From NCBI GenBank assembly GCA_964636255.1, contig CAZWNW010000003.1:225441-289440 (forward strand): a stretch of 64,000 nt of DNA, in the 5' to 3' direction. Both the position numbers and the translations under genes were made by a program. Shown piece by piece: positions 9,143-18,248 of the stretch; the stretch's first letter is position 1, and the number at the start of each line of letters is the position of its first letter. The stretch comes from an uncultured Bacteriovoracaceae bacterium. Lineage in GTDB: Bacteria > Bdellovibrionota > UBA2428. The notes under the pieces are model-generated. The model was given only the letters and a program-made list of their open reading frames with translations, made no database searches and was not told the DNA's origin.

Positions 9143-10978
9143 ATGTTTGGTCTCAGCGGCAGTAGATCCGGTGCTACATCATCAGGATGTGATTCCCCGC
9201 TCATTCCAATCGCTCTTCAGTTTACTCGACGACCCTGGGCGTTAAAGTTATTTTTTCATTCATGGTTTATTGTAGGCAAAATGCGACCCATTGGCAGGCA
9301 GCTTCCTCTCGCAAATTGGGGAGAAAGCTTTCTCATCGCTCTTTTCGTTTTGATCGCCATTGTTGTCTTTAAAGACTTTGGGATTACCTGGGATGAACAG
9401 CAGTCCTTGGATTTGGGCCAGTTTGTTATCAACTGGTACACCAGCTTCTTTACGGATCGGCGAGCACTGGAATTAGCGGATTTTCCTAATTATGGAGGAT
9501 TGGCGTCTATCGTTTCTTGGATCAGTTACAAGTTGCTCCCGGGGCCTTTGCACTATCGGACTCACGTTGCTTACCTGATTTTTGCGGTAGCAGGTCTAGT
9601 ATTTGTTGGGCGTCTAGGTCGCTTGTGCAGTGGAAAATGGGGCGGAATATTTTCGATTCTTCTCCTGGCCTCTTATCCACTATTTTTTGGAAGCGCATTC
9701 ATGAATCCTCGGGACGTGCCTTTTGCGGCTACCTTCATTGCTTCTCTGTATTACCTGTGCCGCTTGTTGATGACGCCCACTCGCGATTCAGTGAAGTCCA
9801 AGCAACGAAGAAGGGCAATCCTAGCCTTTGGTGTGAGTTGCGGTCTAGCGGTAGCCATTCGCAGCGCGGCTCTTATTTTTATTCCCGCCTTTCTTTTCGT
9901 TACGGTGATCCAACTATTGCCTCAGAATTTTGCTAACTCCAAGTTAGGCACGCTGAAGCAAAAAATTGCGACATTTTCTCGCGATTCAATGAGAATTATT
10001 GCCGAAACCGGGATAATTGTTCTGCTTGTTTACTTAACGCTTTTTCCGTTCTGGCCTAGTGCACAGGTGAATCCTCTTTTGCCAATCCAAGTTTTTCTGA
10101 ACGGCAATGTCTTTGGCGACATCCCTACCTATTTCAACGGAAGCGTGATTTCCACTTATGACTTACCGCTCTCCTACTATGCATCTTGGTTTCTATCATC
10201 CTGTTCGGACTTCCTGCTGTCTCTTCTTATCATTTCCAGCTTGGCAATTTTGTTTCTTAGTATTCGCGATCGGAAGAGTCTTAAAACTTTCAAAGTTCTT
10301 ATCGAGATTCCCACACTCGTAGCGATCGGAGTATTCTGCTTATTCGTTTTTGGCATTGTTTTGAAACGACCGCGGGCCTACGACGGCTTTCGCCATTTTA
10401 TTTTTCTTATTCCTGTTATTTGTGTGATTTCTTCCTCACTTTTTGTGGCTACACTTCGCTCTCTGAAAAATAAAACTCTTGTAGTCGGCGCGACGATGCT
10501 TGCTGGATTTAGTTTCTTATACACGGTCAAGGAAATGGTGCTGCTTCACCCCTATCAATACATCTACTCAAATAGCTACGTTGAAGGAGGAATAAAAAAT
10601 CGCCTGAAAAACAATGAGCGAGATTACTGGGGACTCGCGCTTCACGAAAGCATTCACTGGCTTGGAAAAAAAGTCGCTGAATCAAAAAGCCTCGGGAGCA
10701 TAAGGGTCTATGGGTCCGAGTTTGAATATCCAGGAAACATCGTCAAACCACTGGCTATTTATATTGATATGCTAGCGCCAAACATCAGAAGTCGAATTGA
10801 ATACGTGTCTGAGCCCAATGACGCCGACTTAGCGATAGAATTACTGAGGGGCCATTCCTTGCACAAAGAATCACCTCAAGAGAAAATAGTTCATCAGATT
10901 GAGCGCCATGGCGTTCAGCTGGGGTTGATTTTAGACACCGGCAGGAACCCAAAACTAGCTCAACAATTAAAGAACTAA
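9143..10978 (+). CDS. polytopic membrane protein, putative GT-C-fold (ArnT/PMT-like) glycosyltransferase. An alternative start is ATG 9281.
   Basis: 611 aa with more than 10 predicted TM segments. The first loop after TM1 carries the acidic motif FGITWDEQQSLD, as in GT-C enzymes. The gene is tightly coupled to the downstream GT9 gene (TAAgATG). Confidence 0.45.
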   Translation: MFGLSGSRSGATSSGCDSPLIPIALQFTRRPWALKLFFHSWFIVGKMRPIGRQLPLANWGESFLIALFVLIAIVVFKDFGITWDEQQSLDLGQFVINWYTSFFTDRRALELADFPNYGGLASIVSWISYKLLPGPLHYRTHVAYLIFAVAGLVFVGRLGRLCSGKWGGIFSILLLASYPLFFGSAFMNPRDVPFAATFIASLYYLCRLLMTPTRDSVKSKQRRRAILAFGVSCGLAVAIRSAALIFIPAFLFVTVIQLLPQNFANSKLGTLKQKIATFSRDSMRIIAETGIIVLLVYLTLFPFWPSAQVNPLLPIQVFLNGNVFGDIPTYFNGSVISTYDLPLSYYASWFLSSCSDFLLSLLIISSLAILFLSIRDRKSLKTFKVLIEIPTLVAIGVFCLFVFGIVLKRPRAYDGFRHFIFLIPVICVISSSLFVATLRSLKNKTLVVGATMLAGFSFLYTVKEMVLLHPYQYIYSNSYVEGGIKNRLKNNERDYWGLALHESIHWLGKKVAESKSLGSIRVYGSEFEYPGNIVKPLAIYIDMLAPNIRSRIEYVSEPNDADLAIELLRGHSLHKESPQEKIVHQIERHGVQLGLILDTGRNPKLAQQLKN

Positions 10979-10979
10979 G

Positions 10980-12320
10980 ATGAAATTAGACCTAAAGAAA
11001 CATCTAGATTTTTGGATAGGAGGAATTCTGGTTCTTCTACTATTCCCGTTCGTGAGAACCATAGGTCTTCTACTGAGAAGAGATCATTCACTTCAGAAGC
11101 CAAAGCACATCGCCTTCTTTAAACTATTGGGTGGCGGAAGCCTGGTTGTTGCGCTACCAACTTTCGTGGCACTCAGAAGGAAGTTTCCGCAGACTAAAAT
11201 TTCAATTGTCACCGGGCCAGCTACAAGTGCTTTTGCAAAGTCTCTCAAGATCTTTGATGAGGTTTTGATCATCGACGACAGACGCCTATTGAACTTGCTG
11301 TTTAGCAGCCTTCGAGTTCTCTTTTGGATGTTTCGCAGAGTCGATGTATCCATTGATCTAGAGCTTCATTCCAGGCTTTCAACTGTTTTTAATACGATCG
11401 CTATGGTGAAATCCCGCGTCGGGCTCATTGACCAACACTCAATTTGGCGAAAGCGGCTTTACACACATTCTGTTTTTCTGAATCCTTTTGGCGCCGTCTA
11501 TGAGACCTATGACTGTATTGCTGGTCTTTTTGGAATTCAAAGTGTGGAGACCTCACTCGCATGCCGGCACTGGAGTGAGGTTGTGGTTCAAAGTAAAAAT
11601 TCAATGGACTGGAGACCGCAGTCCTATCGAAGCGGGGACTATTTGGTATTGGGTGTCGGTTCCTCTGAACTTGCAACGGAACGTCGCCTCAGTATTCCGC
11701 AATGGGTCGCAATATTGAAATTGGTCGCTCCTCACTATTCTACCGTTGTTTTGCTAGGTAACACCGCCGACGCCTCCATTGGTCGAAAGATAGTAGCCGC
11801 ATATCAAGAGTCGGATGAACTTCGCATTCATTTTCATATGATTGCTGGTCAAACCTCTCTAGAAGAATCGATCCAAATCCTCCATTCATCAAAGTGCTTT
11901 GTCGGGGTGGACTCCGCCCTATTGCATTTGGCTAGATGGTCTGGGATCCCAAGCTTGTCATTTTGGGGACCCTCGGATCCGCGAACCCGCCTACGTTCGC
12001 TTGGTATCGTAGAGAAATCTTTCTATCAGAGGCTTTCGTGTTCTCCGTGCGTACACCTGATTGAGCCAGCACCCTGCCAGGGGAACAATATATGCATGGA
12101 GTTTGACTTAAAAAATGAACAATTGCGTCTCGATTTTCAAAACTTTCTTGTTGATACGAGAAAGAAGTTTTCTACCTCTATTTCCCAGGCTACCTCTCGA
12201 TGTATCGTTTTTGATCCCGCCGGAAAGTGTCGAATACTTGCAGTCCAATATGATGCGAAAATTCTGGAAGCGGAAGTTGACAGGACCAAAGGCGCCTCGA
12301 GAGAAATTCGCTACGAGTAA
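10980..12320 (+). CDS. glycosyltransferase family 9 (heptosyltransferase-like)
   Basis: GT9 hallmark segments are FVGVDSALLHLARWSGIPSLSFWGPSDP and KISIVTGPATSAFAKSL. Length is 446 aa. Confidence 0.7.
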   Translation: MKLDLKKHLDFWIGGILVLLLFPFVRTIGLLLRRDHSLQKPKHIAFFKLLGGGSLVVALPTFVALRRKFPQTKISIVTGPATSAFAKSLKIFDEVLIIDDRRLLNLLFSSLRVLFWMFRRVDVSIDLELHSRLSTVFNTIAMVKSRVGLIDQHSIWRKRLYTHSVFLNPFGAVYETYDCIAGLFGIQSVETSLACRHWSEVVVQSKNSMDWRPQSYRSGDYLVLGVGSSELATERRLSIPQWVAILKLVAPHYSTVVLLGNTADASIGRKIVAAYQESDELRIHFHMIAGQTSLEESIQILHSSKCFVGVDSALLHLARWSGIPSLSFWGPSDPRTRLRSLGIVEKSFYQRLSCSPCVHLIEPAPCQGNNICMEFDLKNEQLRLDFQNFLVDTRKKFSTSISQATSRCIVFDPAGKCRILAVQYDAKILEAEVDRTKGASREIRYE

Positions 12321-12345
12321 ATTCTGCTTCGCTCTCCCCGCTCTT

Positions 12346-13470
12346 TCAAATCGCTCTTAACGAAAAGACGAGGTCGATGCGGCTGGCATCTGGGGAAACG
12401 GAAAAGTCCGGACGCGAGGCTAGGCTGGAGAGAAGGCGCACATGGTGGGCGGTTTCAACGCGAAGACCTGTCGAGTGGTGCATCAAATCTTCGTGTCCAA
12501 CAAAGGGTTCCAGTAGAGCGGCCCAAGCAACGGGTGCCACCAAATGGGCAAGGGCCTTTGGTTTCAGTTCTGTTTTTCCGCGAAGACTCAAGGTGAGATA
12601 GGCCTCGTTATCCTTGGATGCGGCTTCGATTTTCATCATGGGGGGAACATCGCCCGTATTTTTGGCCATGATATCGACGAAATGGAGAAGCGATTCTTCC
12701 AGCTGTTTTTGGGGTGCGTGAATCTTGAAGCCTGCTGCAATGCCTTCATGCTGCAGCTTGATTTTGCGGGATTTGCAAAGGCCCTCGGCCCACGGGATGA
12801 GCGGGAAACTTTGCGCGGGAAGGCTCGCCGCACTTTTTTCGTCAGAAAGCAGCGAGCGCACGTCTTCTTCCATGACCGAGAGACGCAGGGAAATTTGTTT
12901 TAAAAATTTTTCCCGAATCGCGAGGTTTTCAGGATCATTTTCGTTGAATTGTTTAAGAGCCTCTAGAATTTGCGGCATCGTGCGGAATTCGTGCAGCAAA
13001 ATTTGCAGCAAGCGTTCGCGGGACCAATCCTTTGCGCGCAGGTGATTCAAAGCTCTCTCTAAATGTAGGCGCGATTCGTCCAGGCTACGGCGCATTTGCG
13101 TTCGTTCGCTTGCCTGTTTAACGGTACGGAGCAAATCGTCCGGCTCCCAAGGCTTGGAAATATAGCGCCAGATCTGACCACTGTTGACGGCCTCAATGAC
13201 CGCTTCCAGGTCCGCGAATCCAGTCAAAAGTATACGCGTTGGAACCGCGTCGATTTTTAAGGCCTCTTCAAAAAACTTAGAGCCTGTCATTTCCGGCATT
13301 CGCTGGTCCGAGACTAAGCAATCAAAGCGCTCCCCGTTTTGGAGAAGCTTCAAGGCTTCCTTGGGGGATTCCAATCCGACAAGTTCAAAATCTTTTCGCA
13401 AAAGGCGTATGAGCGCCCGAATATTATCCGGCTCGTCATCAACTATGAGAACGCGGGACGGAGAGGCCAA
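12346..13470 (-). CDS. response regulator with an N-terminal REC domain and a degenerate histidine-kinase-like C-terminal domain
   Basis: REC has LIVDDEP, the acceptor D in CLVSDQRMPEMTG, and SKPW. The C-terminus has the HisKA-like LLHEFRTMP but no G1/G2 ATP-binding boxes. The TTG start directly abuts the Nudix stop. Confidence 0.65.
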   Translation of the reverse strand: MASPSRVLIVDDEPDNIRALIRLLRKDFELVGLESPKEALKLLQNGERFDCLVSDQRMPEMTGSKFFEEALKIDAVPTRILLTGFADLEAVIEAVNSGQIWRYISKPWEPDDLLRTVKQASERTQMRRSLDESRLHLERALNHLRAKDWSRERLLQILLHEFRTMPQILEALKQFNENDPENLAIREKFLKQISLRLSVMEEDVRSLLSDEKSAASLPAQSFPLIPWAEGLCKSRKIKLQHEGIAAGFKIHAPQKQLEESLLHFVDIMAKNTGDVPPMMKIEAASKDNEAYLTLSLRGKTELKPKALAHLVAPVAWAALLEPFVGHEDLMHHSTGLRVETAHHVRLLSSLASRPDFSVSPDASRIDLVFSLRAI

Positions 13471-13881
13471 TTAGTATCGCTCCAAAAAGAAATCGTTCAG
13501 GATATCTTTTTGCTTCCAAGCAATCGGATCCGGCAAATTCATTTGGTGAAAGAGGCCATTTTCAATTACGCCGGCTGTAGTTTTAGGATTTCCGCGCGCG
13601 CGGGCTAGAAAAACAACACGCACTTTGGCGCCGCCTTCGCTTTCCTCGGGATAGGAGTAGGTGTGGAACTGCCGGACGATTTCCGCGTCCAAACCCGTAC
13701 TCTCCAAGACCCGCCGCAGGGCGGCTTCTTCCAAATATTCATTGTCGCCAATGCGGCCCCCTGGCAAACGCCAGCTGTCTTGGGGTTCGTCGGTTTTCTG
13801 CAAAAGGATCAGGCCCGAGCCCATATCCAGCAGTACATCTACATGCGTTTCTCGTTTGAGGTCCTTTTGACCTGAATCCAT
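13471..13881 (-). CDS. NUDIX-family hydrolase with a divergent Nudix box
   Basis: The Nudix-box-like segment is GGRIGDNEYLEEAALRRVLESTGL. The canonical REx2EE appears as RRVLES. Length is 136 aa. Confidence 0.6.
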   Translation of the reverse strand: MDSGQKDLKRETHVDVLLDMGSGLILLQKTDEPQDSWRLPGGRIGDNEYLEEAALRRVLESTGLDAEIVRQFHTYSYPEESEGGAKVRVVFLARARGNPKTTAGVIENGLFHQMNLPDPIAWKQKDILNDFFLERY

Positions 13882-13906
13882 ACCGTGCTAGTCTCCCTGC
13901 AAACTT

Positions 13907-15016
13907 ATGAGAATCGGTGTTCCCAAAGAAGTTAAAAATACTGAAAACAGAGTCGCTATTGTTTTGGCTGGCGTCAAGTCCCTCGTTCAAGCCGGTCACG
14001 AAGTTCGTGTCCAAGAGGGCGCCGGCCTAGGTTCCGGCATCACAGACGCGCAGTATCGAAGTGCGGGGGCAAAAATAGTGCCCTCCGCCAAAGATGCTTG
14101 GGACGCAGATCTTGTGATGAAAGTTAAGGAACCGCAGCCTGAAGAATTTGGATTCATGCGGCCGGGACTTCTTCTTTACACCTATCTCCACTTGGCCAAT
14201 GAATTAGAGCTGGGCCAAGAGCTATTGAAGCGCAAAGTCCGCTCGATTGCATATGAAACCATTCAACTCCCTAACGGATCTCTCCCTCTGCTTCGACCGA
14301 TGTCCGAGGTCGCCGGGCGCCTGGCGCCTCAGGTAGGTGCAAATCTATTGGAAAAACGCAATGGAGGAAGCGGAGTTCTCTTGGGCGGAGTTCCGGGCGT
14401 AGATCGCGGCGTTGTCACCATCATTGGTGGTGGAGTCAGCGGCATTAACGCTGCCAAAGTCGCCATCGGCCTAGGCGCCGAAGTGACCGTGATCGAGAAA
14501 AATCCTGATCGTCTGGCTTATTTGGACGATATTTTCAACACTTCCATCAACACCCGTATGAGTGATCCCGTTAGCATCGAGGAGTCCGTTGCGGTTTCTG
14601 ACCTGGTGGTGGGCGCGGTCCTTATTCCGGGTGCAAAAGCACCAAAACTGGTGACCCGCGAGATGATCCAAAAGATGCGCCCGGGTTCAGTAGTCGTTGA
14701 CGTCGCTATTGACCAAGGGGGTTGTTTTGAAACTTCTAAACCCACGACACATAGTCAGTCCTCCTATATCGAAGAGGGCGTTCTTCACTATTGCGTCACC
14801 AACATGCCGGGCATTGTGGCACGTACTTCGACCTTTGCTCTCACGAACCACACGCTGACATTTGCCTTGATGCTGGCGGCCGATCCGATTGGGGCCATTC
14901 GCAACAACCCGGCTTTAGCATTGGGTGTGAATACCTGGGATGGACATTGTGTTTACGCTCCCGTCGCACGAGATTTAGACTTCGAATACGTTCCCCTAGA
15001 GAAGACTCTGAGTTAG
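13907..15016 (+). CDS. ald: alanine dehydrogenase
   Basis: The N-terminus [23 protein letters not shown] is classic for Ald. The NAD-binding fold is [28 protein letters not shown]. Length is 369 aa. Confidence 0.9.
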   Translation: MRIGVPKEVKNTENRVAIVLAGVKSLVQAGHEVRVQEGAGLGSGITDAQYRSAGAKIVPSAKDAWDADLVMKVKEPQPEEFGFMRPGLLLYTYLHLANELELGQELLKRKVRSIAYETIQLPNGSLPLLRPMSEVAGRLAPQVGANLLEKRNGGSGVLLGGVPGVDRGVVTIIGGGVSGINAAKVAIGLGAEVTVIEKNPDRLAYLDDIFNTSINTRMSDPVSIEESVAVSDLVVGAVLIPGAKAPKLVTREMIQKMRPGSVVVDVAIDQGGCFETSKPTTHSQSSYIEEGVLHYCVTNMPGIVARTSTFALTNHTLTFALMLAADPIGAIRNNPALALGVNTWDGHCVYAPVARDLDFEYVPLEKTLS

Positions 15017-15040
15017 TCTCTTTTCTGGGAATCAACTTCG

Positions 15041-15778
15041 ATGACAGCGCCGCGTTTATTGATCTGTGTTCCAACTTATAACGAAAAGGACAATGTCGAG
15101 GCACTTGCACGCGCGATTTTCGAGCGAGCCTCTCCGCAGACCGAAATCCTTTTTGTAGATGATGGAAGCCCTGATGGCACAGGAGAAGTTTTGAAACGCA
15201 TGACCATGGAAGAGACGCGGATCCATGTGATTCACCGCTCGGGAAAGCAGGGCTTGGCGACCGCTTACCTCCAAGCCTTCCACTGGGGTTTGGCACGTGG
15301 TTATGACTGGCTCATGGAAATGGATGCTGATTTCTCGCATGATCCTGCCTACGTTTCTGAAATTGAAGCGATGATCGCGCGCGACGCAGGCGATGTGCTT
15401 TGTGGAAGTCGTTATGTGCCAGGTGGTGGTGTTTCCAACTGGTCGAAAATGCGCCTTCTTCTTTCGCGTTCGGGATCGCTTTATTCAAGACTTGTGCTGG
15501 GTCGCCCGATGGCAGATTGGACCGGAGGCTTCAATACGTGGAATCGGCGCGTGCTAGAGAACCTGCAACTGCAGACGATTAAAAGTCGCGGATACGCATT
15601 TCAAATTGAAATGAAATATCGAGCGCTCATTAAAGGCTACCGGGTGATTGAATTTCCGATCATTTTTAAAGAACGCCGTGCAGGCCAATCCAAGATGAGC
15701 GGATCGATCATCAAAGAGGCCGTGATCGGAGTGCTTCGACTCAGGACGGCTCACAGTTGTGGCCGGCTATTTGAATAA
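15041..15778 (+). CDS. GT2 polyprenol-phosphate mannose/glucose synthase (Dpm1-like)
   Basis: Motifs are LICVPTYNEKDNV, ILFVDDGSPDGT and DADFSHDP. The 245 aa size is typical of dolichol/polyprenol-P-sugar synthases. Confidence 0.75.
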   Translation: MTAPRLLICVPTYNEKDNVEALARAIFERASPQTEILFVDDGSPDGTGEVLKRMTMEETRIHVIHRSGKQGLATAYLQAFHWGLARGYDWLMEMDADFSHDPAYVSEIEAMIARDAGDVLCGSRYVPGGGVSNWSKMRLLLSRSGSLYSRLVLGRPMADWTGGFNTWNRRVLENLQLQTIKSRGYAFQIEMKYRALIKGYRVIEFPIIFKERRAGQSKMSGSIIKEAVIGVLRLRTAHSCGRLFE

Positions 15779-15823
15779 TCTCGGCGACTTGCGCCTGCTG
15801 GGAGCAGCTGGCAAACTAAGGGG

Positions 15824-17587
15824 GTGAGACCCCTACTTTACACGCTCAGTGCTCTTTTTATTCTGGAACGTCTCTTCCTACAGGATTTCCTGATCAAGAT
15901 CGGAGGTCAGGCCGGTCCCTATATCTTCGAAGGTCTTTTGATTTTGAGCTTTCTGGCTCTGGCGCGAGAAGAACTTCACTTCCGTTTTCGATTCACTTGG
16001 CAGTGGGCCTTTCTTGGAAGTCTCAACATCATCTTCGGAGCCTCCATATTTTTTCTCTGCGAGAATATGGGCCTAGTTGTTCCCTTTGATTTTTCCTCCA
16101 AAAGCTTTGCGTTCATGTTGATTGTTGTCGGCCCGCTGATGGAAGAACTTCTCTTTCGCGGGCTTCTCTGGCAGTCCCTGCGACCCATTTTTCATTCCGC
16201 CTTTTGGACTTTGCTGATCACTTCCGTTCTCTTTTCATTCGATCATTTCGGCGCCTTTTTCCGCGTTCCCGCGGATTTTCAAAGTTTTATTCTTTTTCAA
16301 ACCTTCTATACCCTCCTCTTTGGACTGCTATGGGGTTATTCGCGCCTTAAGACTAATAGCGTATTGGCGGCGGTTATCTTGCACGCTTTGTTTAACCTCG
16401 GCTTTTATTCAGCCGCAAAAGTTTACCCGCGATCCGCCGGAGCGGAGCAATCGATGCTGGAGGCCGGGGATCTTTCACACGCCGATGCGCCAGCCCAACT
16501 TCCCGCCGATCTTGCTCAGTGGGAGGAATTCAATAACGCGATTGATAGTTTTCGCCAGGGAATGGGCGGAGTGGAAACAGCCGAGCGTCCGCCCAACAGC
16601 GTGCCTCGTGTGTTGATCGCGGATATGGCGATTGCTAAAGTTAATTTATTTAAAAGAAATCCTGGCGTGAAGATATTCATCCCGGCCGAGGGCTCAGGCG
16701 GCGGGGAATTAGCGACGAACTGCGCCACGAATCTTAGGCGCATCGAAGAGTTTTTTTCGGCCCTCCTGCAAGATCAGGCGCCGCCTTTTGAGCTGGATCA
16801 AAAGGCTGTCGAGCAGTTGGAGCAAACATTGTGGGCAACCCACGGCTATCACGTATTGGGACTTGTGCAGAAAAATCTGCGAAAGAGTGAAATTATTTTT
16901 CTGCCCATGAATCCCCCCCCGAGCGTTAACACCGGGATCAGTGATCATAAATCGTATATCCAAAAAAACATTCTCCCAGACATGGTTCGACTCTTCCGAG
17001 CGGTGAAAGAGTATAGCCCCGACCTTGTTTTAGTGGCATCAAGTGACACCGTGGAAGAAAATGAACGCGACCTAAAGGTGGGGGGCTATACCCCTTCAGA
17101 TGCTCGTCGTGGAGCTGAAGAAATTCTAGGTGCTTGGACCGGTGCCTGGACCACGCTCATTTCATCTTTCCCAAAAATTTGGTTTGTTGTACCCAGTGGA
17201 AATGGTGGGATTGATGGTCTGGGCGATCGTTTAGAGTCGCGCATGATTCGTAGTGGTCCCATCCCCGCAGTACTTCCTTTTGGCAACATGATTCGCGTGG
17301 CCTCATTCGAGGAACGAAAAGATAGCTGTCTCTCGCGTTTTTCTAATTTTGGAGTCGAGGCCAGCGATGTAGCCGCACGTGGAAGAGAAGTTGAGTCTTG
17401 GGCGCCCTGTGCAAAAAGACCTTCGGTTCGCCTTTCCGGAACTTCGCAGGCGGCCGCAAAAGTGACCGCCGCGTTGGCCGAGGCTTTGGAAAACGGCATC
17501 ACAGTCGAGGAAACGATGAAGACTTTTCTCCGAGAAAGCTGTCTCGAGGATCGAGTCAGCACAGCGTCCCGAATTCCAGAACGCTAA
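15824..17587 (+). CDS. fusion protein: N-terminal CPBP (CAAX/Abi-type) intramembrane metalloprotease domain plus a C-terminal S8 subtilisin-like serine protease domain
   Basis: CPBP motifs are EELLFRGLLW, FSFDHFG and HALFNLG. S8-like catalytic motifs are VLIADMAI (Asp), WATHGYHVLG (His), VVPSGNGG (Asn) and LSGTSQAAAKVTAALA (Ser). The start is GTG. Confidence 0.6.
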   Translation: MRPLLYTLSALFILERLFLQDFLIKIGGQAGPYIFEGLLILSFLALAREELHFRFRFTWQWAFLGSLNIIFGASIFFLCENMGLVVPFDFSSKSFAFMLIVVGPLMEELLFRGLLWQSLRPIFHSAFWTLLITSVLFSFDHFGAFFRVPADFQSFILFQTFYTLLFGLLWGYSRLKTNSVLAAVILHALFNLGFYSAAKVYPRSAGAEQSMLEAGDLSHADAPAQLPADLAQWEEFNNAIDSFRQGMGGVETAERPPNSVPRVLIADMAIAKVNLFKRNPGVKIFIPAEGSGGGELATNCATNLRRIEEFFSALLQDQAPPFELDQKAVEQLEQTLWATHGYHVLGLVQKNLRKSEIIFLPMNPPPSVNTGISDHKSYIQKNILPDMVRLFRAVKEYSPDLVLVASSDTVEENERDLKVGGYTPSDARRGAEEILGAWTGAWTTLISSFPKIWFVVPSGNGGIDGLGDRLESRMIRSGPIPAVLPFGNMIRVASFEERKDSCLSRFSNFGVEASDVAARGREVESWAPCAKRPSVRLSGTSQAAAKVTAALAEALENGITVEETMKTFLRESCLEDRVSTASRIPER

Positions 17588-17590
17588 GTA

Positions 17591-17640
17591 AGCTATCCTC
17601 ATTTCACCATTTAGAAATGAGGATAGTCGATGAGTTTTTC
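17591..17640. terminator. bidirectional intrinsic terminator between convergent genes
   Basis: 13-bp perfect inverted repeat CTATCCTCATTTC / GAAATGAGGATAG followed by TTTTT. It sits between the 3' ends of 15824-17587 (+) and 17649-18224 (-). Confidence 0.55.
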
Positions 17641-17648
17641 TGCGTTCC

Positions 17649-18224
17649 TTACTTGCAGTTTAAAATTTGCTTCAGGATTGTGTCTTGGCGGGCAGTCTGA
17701 GCATCCAGTTCTGCTTTTTTTGCTTTAACTTTTGCGATTGCATTGCTGACACTGCCGCTGGTGATTTTCCACGCGATCGCACCGCTTCCCGCGACGCCGG
17801 CCCCGACAGCAACTCCGAGTGCTTCAAACAAGAGAAAACCCGAGTCTTTCAGAATCGGGTTAGCGGCTTTTGCGGTGTTGTAAAAAAGTCCGCCACTGAC
17901 GGCGGCAAGTAGCACGCCTGCTGTTGTTACTGATATTGAAATAGTTCTTTTAGTTTTGGCCTTGCCCAGAGCAGTTTCTAGTTCAGCCCATGCAGCGCGC
18001 GTGATTTCTGCGTCGCTTTTGGCTTTTTCAAAACTGGCCTTAAGCGCGTTTTTCTCTTCCGCCGTTAAATTGCAGTCGACGCCTTCGGCTCCTGCCACAC
18101 CCGCTGTAGCGGATGGGGTATTTGATTCGCTATGTTGCGCCAGACTCCCAAGGGGGCTGAGCAAGGAAAAGCTGATCGTGAGGGCCATCATTTTTGCACT
18201 GAGTGTTTGCATGTCCTTTTTCAT
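17649..18224 (-). CDS. secreted hypothetical protein with a Gly/Ala-rich (glycine-zipper-like) hydrophobic segment
   Basis: The signal peptide is MKKDMQTLSAKMMALTISFSLLSPLGSLAQ. Internal segments are VTTAGVLLAAVSGGLF and ALGVAVGAGVAGSGAIAW. Confidence 0.55.
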   Translation of the reverse strand: MKKDMQTLSAKMMALTISFSLLSPLGSLAQHSESNTPSATAGVAGAEGVDCNLTAEEKNALKASFEKAKSDAEITRAAWAELETALGKAKTKRTISISVTTAGVLLAAVSGGLFYNTAKAANPILKDSGFLLFEALGVAVGAGVAGSGAIAWKITSGSVSNAIAKVKAKKAELDAQTARQDTILKQILNCK

Positions 18225-18248
18225 TATCTTCCTCTTTTCTTTCAGAAT

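Noticed and set aside
13882-13906. A 25-bp divergent intergenic region between the Nudix gene and ald, as a shared regulatory site
   Set aside because: It is too short to assign -35/-10 elements confidently by eye. The promoters probably extend into the coding regions. No palindrome was seen.
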